The notes below the pieces were generated by a model. That model worked only from the letters and a program-made list of their open reading frames with translations. It had not been told where the DNA came from and made no database searches. DNA of 28,953 nt from a virus. Lineage: Duplodnaviria > Caudoviricetes. This document shows, piece by piece, positions 23,984-28,953 of this stretch (positions within the stretch are counted from its first letter, which is position 1; every line of letters begins with the position of its first letter). The stretch is taken from IMG/VR virus record IMGVR_UViG_3300044698_000200, positions 1-28,953 of that record. One strand, given 5' to 3'. Made by a program: the position numbers and the translations under genes.

Positions 23984-24405
23984 TAGCTCTCTGGCGGCTT
24001 CGTCCGGATACTAGCCGGACGCGAAATACTAGGCTCATACTCCTTTTTTACTGTCTTACTAATTTGCTTCTGTGTCGTGTACGTCGCTTGCGCGCCCGCA
24101 AACGTTGTCAGGGCGCCCACAGCGGCGGTCCATGGACTGGCGCCCATGATAATGTGCGCAATAGACGTGACCACCGTCATGATGACACTAACGCCTGTCT
24201 TTTGCGCCGGGTTCAGTCGCCCCCACGTGATGCGCCCGAGCTTCATATTGGCCAGCATCACGCTGAAAGTTTCAGACTTCCATGTGCGGACTGCGAGCAG
24301 CACAAAACCTATGGAAGCAGCTATGGGACCGTTCTCAAGCAGTGTGTATTCAAGACTGACCTCTTCTACCTGTGCAATAAGCAGTTGGATAAGTAGTGTC
24401 GTCAT
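23983..24405 (-). CDS. Holin-like membrane protein
   Basis: Two or three hydrophobic segments and a basic C-terminal tail; near the endolysin. Confidence 0.55.
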   Translation of the reverse strand: MTTLLIQLLIAQVEEVSLEYTLLENGPIAASIGFVLLAVRTWKSETFSVMLANMKLGRITWGRLNPAQKTGVSVIMTVVTSIAHIIMGASPWTAAVGALTTFAGAQATYTTQKQISKTVKKEYEPSISRPASIRTKPPES

Positions 24406-24692
24406 TTTCCTAATGCCCTCACGATGATAGTAGTGACAATGGCAGCGACCACGCCGGCGATGGAACCTGCGACGCCGGCCTTGATGCGCAGCTGCGTGAC
24501 GTGCTCGCGTAGGTTCGCAATCTCGTGGTCGAAGCGCTCGTTAGACTTCACGAACGCATCAAAGAGGCCTTCCATGCGCGCGTAAGCGATGCGCACGTCC
24601 TGAGATTCATCAACGAGCTTGTCTATCTTGCGGTCAAGCCGCGATAGATTGTTGGTCGATACTTCCACAGTCTTGATAGTATCATCAGCCAT
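24402..24692 (-). CDS. Coiled-coil protein with a C-terminal TM helix (lysis-module membrane protein)
   Basis: LSRLDRKIDKLVDE coiled coil and terminal AGVAGSIAGVVAAIVTTIIV; translationally coupled. Confidence 0.65.
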   Translation of the reverse strand: MADDTIKTVEVSTNNLSRLDRKIDKLVDESQDVRIAYARMEGLFDAFVKSNERFDHEIANLREHVTQLRIKAGVAGSIAGVVAAIVTTIIVRALGK

Positions 24693-25275
24693 TAGTTTCG
24701 CCCCATGCCGGCGCCGGGTCGCTGGCTGTCTGGCGCCGCGCTTGCCTTGTGCCGACGCGTGCGAGGCGTTCTAGGCGCGTTTGTAGCGGCGCTGGGTGGT
24801 CTTCGATGGCGTCCCACATGCGATTGTGAATGCCCGTCGCATCGTCGCTTGGCGAGTTGATTACGGCCTCTAGAATCAACCTGTCGCCGTCGCCGAGCCA
24901 GAAGGCGTTGAAGGCGTAAACAGGCACACCAAGCACTGGCTCAAGCTCGACGGCGCACATAGCCGTGCGCATGCCGGACGGTGGCCCAACTGGTGGAGTC
25001 TGGGGCCATGGAACGCCAGCTATCTGATGCAGGGCATCGCCGTCCGCTGTTTTTAGCCGCGTCGGCATGTCGTCCAGGTACTCGTAGACGTTGCCGTTTG
25101 CCTCGTGCATGTTGCCGTACTCGCCGGTGAGGAATCCGACCATGAAGCCTCGCAACAGCATCTCGTCGGTTGCTGGATTGCGGTACGGCTGGAATGCCGC
25201 ACCGCTGATTAAATCCAGTCCGACCGAGGCAAGAGCGCCGCCGGCATCGATTGTCACGACTCGCAAAGGCATCAC
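24685..25275 (-). CDS. Hypothetical late protein (follows the fibre gene)
   Basis: 196 aa; ATGA overlap with the upstream fibre gene; AAGGGGA RBS. Confidence 0.7.
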   Translation of the reverse strand: MMPLRVVTIDAGGALASVGLDLISGAAFQPYRNPATDEMLLRGFMVGFLTGEYGNMHEANGNVYEYLDDMPTRLKTADGDALHQIAGVPWPQTPPVGPPSGMRTAMCAVELEPVLGVPVYAFNAFWLGDGDRLILEAVINSPSDDATGIHNRMWDAIEDHPAPLQTRLERLARVGTRQARRQTASDPAPAWGETNG

Positions 25276-27206
25276 GTCCCCTTGAGTGTTGGCTTGTTGT
25301 AAAGCTGGACGCCGTAAACCGGGCTGTTGGCCTGGAACGTCGAAGCGTTGCTCGCGCCAACGTACAAACGAGTGAGTCCGGCTGGCGCCGTTCCTGACGT
25401 GTCTGGAGTGCCTTCGCTTGTGCCGTCGACGTAGAGGGTTACATCGTCTTCGGCGTAAGTGACGCGGGTCTCGTGTTCGACTCCATCGTTGACATCGGTG
25501 CTGCCAGTGATACTGGCCTGCGTCACGCCGCCGGCCGCGATGAGCGTCGCTGCCTTGCCGCCGGTCTGGTAGGCCACGACGCGCTCACTCGCCGCGCCGT
25601 TAGCCATCTCGGCAGCGAAGGTGGCTTCGGTGCCACTGATGACATGCTTGGCCGCAAGCGTGCCGCGTGTCAGCCCATTGCCTGTGATGTCGTAGGTCAA
25701 CACATCGGCAATGCGCGTGGCGGTAGCCGTCGTCGTTGGGATGTACGACGTGGGCTTGCTGCCTAGTTCTACTTGCGCGCCCCACAAGGTCATGTTGACC
25801 GCCGCCCCATCGCCGGCGAATGTATCGTCGTTGTCCGCCGCAGCGCTCAATATCTGGAGCGTGTGCGCCGCTGCCGTCCCGGTGAACGTGATACTAAGGC
25901 GAAACCAACCGTCACCCCAGTCTTCGATAGTGGCACTGACGCCCGCCTGCGTCGTACCAACTGAACCGGTGCTCAAGTCGAACCATGCGGCCCCGTTGGC
26001 GATGGTTGCGTTCTCTAAGACCACGAAATCATTGTCGCCAGCCTTCGCGAACACGCTCATGGTGTAGGCTGCGGCGGTCAGCGTAATATTCTGAGTGACT
26101 CCGTGTTGCCCGTCCGTGCTATCGCCGATGATGGCGTCCGCGGTGACTTGCATATCGGGCGCTGTCGATGCGTCGGCGCTCACCGTGTCGCCTGCGTCGA
26201 TGGTGGTCCAGGTTGTGCCGAATGCGGCAGACTGCAGGCAAAGATTCGTTCGCTGGCTCTCTGACAAGAACCCGTTTATCGCTTCGGCGGAGTCGTTCAA
26301 CCGATCTACTTTGCGCATCCAGCCATTGCCACAAAGAAATAGCTGTCGGACGCCGGCTGAGACAACGCGGTCTGTATAAGCACCGCTTGCTCTGGTCATG
26401 ACGCTCGGCGAACCGCTTCCATAAGAATTGTTGGCATAGACTCCCATAATTTTAGCAGCGCGTTCTTTGGCTACGGACGCCTGAAGGTGAGTGTCTAGCC
26501 AGTCGTCAGCCTGCCACATGGCAAGTTGGATAATCTTCCCGGTGTATTTTTGCCCAGCGTTGTTGCCGCCGCCAATCTGGAAAGGATCTGACGAATCGTC
26601 CACTGTATTGGGAGTCGTGGCGGTACCTGCGGCAGCATTGCGGTATCCGACCATAGATCCGCTACGATCTACGAAGAAAATAACATGCTCGTGAGTGCCC
26701 ACGCCGCGAGATACTTGGCAGCTTACAGAACCACCAGATCGAGTCATGTAGAGGATTATATGAGAAGACGAACAGAACAATGCCCACCCAGCGTTGAACG
26801 AGGCGTTCACGTTGCCGAACACATACTGGCTGGATGTACTGACTGGCGCCTCGATGACGGCCTCGATTACAAAATCGTCCGTCCCGACGTTGGCTAAAGC
26901 GCCGTCGCCCTCATAGAGAGTGCCCGCGTTAAACTTTACGCCACGGCTAACGGCGTCTGCCACAGGAGTATAGAGCCCGAGAGTCGGTGCATCACCGGTA
27001 AGAGCTATGTCTAGCGTTTCGGCGCCTACCTCAGGCGCCCACGTCGATGCATTTGCATCTTGTCCATTAAACCAGAACGTTGGTTCGACGGTCGCTCCAT
27101 TGATCGTCAACGATCGGCTGAGGCTTGTGATGCCGCTATCGACACCAAGCACAAATCCATTAGAGACGCCCGCCTTACGCCGTCGAAGCATCGGCAAAAA
27201 CGACAT
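25272..27206 (-). CDS. Fibre/spike protein with LamG (concanavalin-like) domains flanking a spike/carbohydrate-binding-like domain
   Basis: LamG-like GW.L...H.....D.......Y.N...FQIG...YTG.I; central TRAS...ESQRTNLCLQS...GWFRLSIT...WGAQVE.GS.PTSYIPTT..TATR.AD; second LamG-like DG.EH...V......TLYVDG. Confidence 0.8.
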   Translation of the reverse strand: MSFLPMLRRRKAGVSNGFVLGVDSGITSLSRSLTINGATVEPTFWFNGQDANASTWAPEVGAETLDIALTGDAPTLGLYTPVADAVSRGVKFNAGTLYEGDGALANVGTDDFVIEAVIEAPVSTSSQYVFGNVNASFNAGWALFCSSSHIILYMTRSGGSVSCQVSRGVGTHEHVIFFVDRSGSMVGYRNAAAGTATTPNTVDDSSDPFQIGGGNNAGQKYTGKIIQLAMWQADDWLDTHLQASVAKERAAKIMGVYANNSYGSGSPSVMTRASGAYTDRVVSAGVRQLFLCGNGWMRKVDRLNDSAEAINGFLSESQRTNLCLQSAAFGTTWTTIDAGDTVSADASTAPDMQVTADAIIGDSTDGQHGVTQNITLTAAAYTMSVFAKAGDNDFVVLENATIANGAAWFDLSTGSVGTTQAGVSATIEDWGDGWFRLSITFTGTAAAHTLQILSAAADNDDTFAGDGAAVNMTLWGAQVELGSKPTSYIPTTTATATRIADVLTYDITGNGLTRGTLAAKHVISGTEATFAAEMANGAASERVVAYQTGGKAATLIAAGGVTQASITGSTDVNDGVEHETRVTYAEDDVTLYVDGTSEGTPDTSGTAPAGLTRLYVGASNASTFQANSPVYGVQLYNKPTLKGT

Positions 27207-27532
27207 CAGCCAAGCTCCGATACGTACAGGTTGCCGTTCGTGCCTGCGCTGATAACGGACAGCCGCGAGAAGCCGCCCGGTATCGTAGAAAAGAAGTCTG
27301 GCAGCTCGGCGACAAGATAGCAGTCCGACGTCGTAGCGTCGGCGCTACCGCCTGAGGTGAAGATGACATGACATGCCTCAGTCGCGACGAGCCGGTAGAC
27401 CTTACCCGGCGTGAGCGTGATGTCGTCAGCCGTGCCGGTGAAGGCGACCACCTGCGTGCCGCCGTCCACCGGGGCACCGAGCACGTTCGCTATGGCGCGG
27501 TAGCTCTTGTTGTAATCGCTTTCTTGACTCAT
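27206..27532 (-). CDS. Small beta-rich virion protein (probable spike base or fibre connector)
   Basis: 108 aa alternating beta pattern; coupled to the fibre gene (TGATG). Confidence 0.55.
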   Translation of the reverse strand: MSQESDYNKSYRAIANVLGAPVDGGTQVVAFTGTADDITLTPGKVYRLVATEACHVIFTSGGSADATTSDCYLVAELPDFFSTIPGGFSRLSVISAGTNGNLYVSELG

Positions 27533-27535
27533 TTT

Positions 27536-28953
27536 TTAAGCCCCATAGTTAGGCATGTCGCCCTCTGTTGTGGTGATTGCATCAAAAGTAAATCCAGATA
27601 GTCCGGCAAAGTGCGACGTCACATAGCTAGCGAAGACATTTCCCGAAGCGATGCCGAGGGTAACGGTTCCGATGTTTTCCCTGAGGCTAACTCCTGCGCC
27701 AAAAATCACGTTACTAAGGACTATGGCGCGCGAAATCGTGGCTGATGTTCCGTCTATCGTTATTCCATCAGCGCTCGCGTCGAATAGTTGACGAATAGTA
27801 TTGCCAAGAATTGTTAGAGTTGCCACGGTGTATGCGCCAATTTCTAGGAGCATTGCCGGGAGCTGATCGTCTGCGTCGATGGTATTGTTTTTAATCGACA
27901 CCACGTCAGTTGCGCGCATCGTAATCGTGAGCGGCGTCCCAGCACTGGCTGTGATGGCGTTGTCGTTAACGTCGACGCTATTGGCTGTGCCGTTTAGCGT
28001 GATGTCGATAGTGCCGGCGGATACCTCATTGCTTCTAACCGCCAAGCTTGTCGAGATTGTGTTCACAACAATCCCGGCCGGGAGACTATTGCCCCGCACC
28101 GAAAGGCCGGTCATCGTGGTAGCTCCCAAAACAATGCCATATTCGCCGCCGCCGACGTTGTTATTCGACACATCTGCCCGTGTGTATGTGCCAGCAGAGA
28201 CACCGATGCCATAAGCGCCTGACGATGATGCTGAGTTGGCGCATGCGTTATTGGCCACCGTCAACGCCGTGATGGTGCCTGTCGTCTGAACCTCGACGAC
28301 ACCGCCAGCGGTGGCGCCACCCCGAGCGGTGTTGCCGCTAATGTTAACGATGGCGCTCGTGCCTGCGCCGGTCGTCACAAAAATGCTATAGCCGGTGCCG
28401 CTACCCAATACGGTATTTCCCACAACCGTGATGCTATTTGCCGTCGTGCTCGCAGAAACTGCTATGCGTCCGGCCAAGCAGGTGTTGCCGCTCGCTAAGA
28501 CCTCTGCGCTAGCCGCCGGTTGAATTTGCAGTTGTCCCGTGTTACAAACGTTGCCAGTGACAATCGCGATGGCACCTGTACCAATCTCGATATCAGAACT
28601 CGGCGAAGATGCGTCAATGGTATTGCCCGACACCGTCACCGGGGAGCTGGAAGCAGTCCTTATGCCGTAGTCAGTTCCGTCGACAAGATGATTGTTCTGG
28701 ATAGTCAGGTAGGCGCACGCTGTAGCATTAACGGACTGGGTTCCACCTTTTGTTGAGTTACCATTCACCAAACAATAGTCGCAATCCGTAAGCGATATCG
28801 AGGCGCCGCCTGATTGTCCATTCGTGATATTATTCGCGATCACTACATTGTCGGAATTATCCAACGAAATAGCGTTAGCACCGCCAGTAATATAGTTCCC
28901 CGCAATTAACCCATGCACAGCGGAATTGTTGTCGACTGGAGTTATCTCTATAC
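27536..28953 (-). CDS. Tailspike with right-handed parallel beta-helix repeats (5' end outside the window)
   Basis: Many I/V-x-G/N-N repeats (IAGNYI, IANNIT, VNGNST, VSGNTI, VTGNVC, ISGNTA). The frame stays open from 28918 to the window edge (IEITPVDNNSA). More AT-rich than the phage core. Confidence 0.85.
   Translation of the reverse strand, partial: IEITPVDNNSAVHGLIAGNYITGGANAISLDNSDNVVIANNITNGQSGGASISLTDCDYCLVNGNSTKGGTQSVNATACAYLTIQNNHLVDGTDYGIRTASSSPVTVSGNTIDASSPSSDIEIGTGAIAIVTGNVCNTGQLQIQPAASAEVLASGNTCLAGRIAVSASTTANSITVVGNTVLGSGTGYSIFVTTGAGTSAIVNISGNTARGGATAGGVVEVQTTGTITALTVANNACANSASSSGAYGIGVSAGTYTRADVSNNNVGGGEYGIVLGATTMTGLSVRGNSLPAGIVVNTISTSLAVRSNEVSAGTIDITLNGTANSVDVNDNAITASAGTPLTITMRATDVVSIKNNTIDADDQLPAMLLEIGAYTVATLTILGNTIRQLFDASADGITIDGTSATISRAIVLSNVIFGAGVSLRENIGTVTLGIASGNVFASYVTSHFAGLSGFTFDAITTTEGDMPNYGA

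Noticed and set aside
1076-26250. Diversity-generating retroelement (TR/VR) explaining the repeated domain or the short repeats
   Set aside because: There is no reverse transcriptase in the window, similarity between the two domains is mostly at protein level, and mismatches in the short repeats are not adenine-specific.

Overview
The whole window reads as part of a temperate, P22-like (short-tailed, podovirus-type) dsDNA phage genome in its excised or circular configuration, with no host housekeeping genes. Left arm (minus strand, 1-11771): tail hub, head-tail adaptor, N4-gp56/DUF4043-type major capsid, scaffold, portal, TerL, a capsid decoration-like gene, TerS, VRR-NUC nuclease and a replication initiator with internal 11-bp iterons. 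Centre: a divergent cro/cI-like switch with GTGTAC-N4-GTACAC operators, a MazE/PemK-like toxin-antitoxin cassette bracketed by a 36-bp duplication of the repressor 3' end, a Cys-rich lipoprotein, a YqaJ+RecT recombination module, xis/int and an attP carrying the 3' half of tRNA-Arg(TCT). Right of attP: an accessory operon (acidic protein, DHH/NrN-like phosphoesterase, RHH-like regulator) and a type Ib ParA/RHH partition system with 8-bp centromere-like repeats, then the end of the late operon on the minus strand (beta-helix tailspike, LamG/spike fibre, holin-like genes, adenine methylase, M15 endolysin). The most notable candidates are the NrN-like DHH enzyme in an Acr/Aca-like operon (possible anti-defence), integrase plus partition system in one phage, a duplicated adaptor carrying a fibre-derived domain, and a 21-bp motif shared upstream of two head genes. 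Family calls come from motif recognition by eye, not from database searches.
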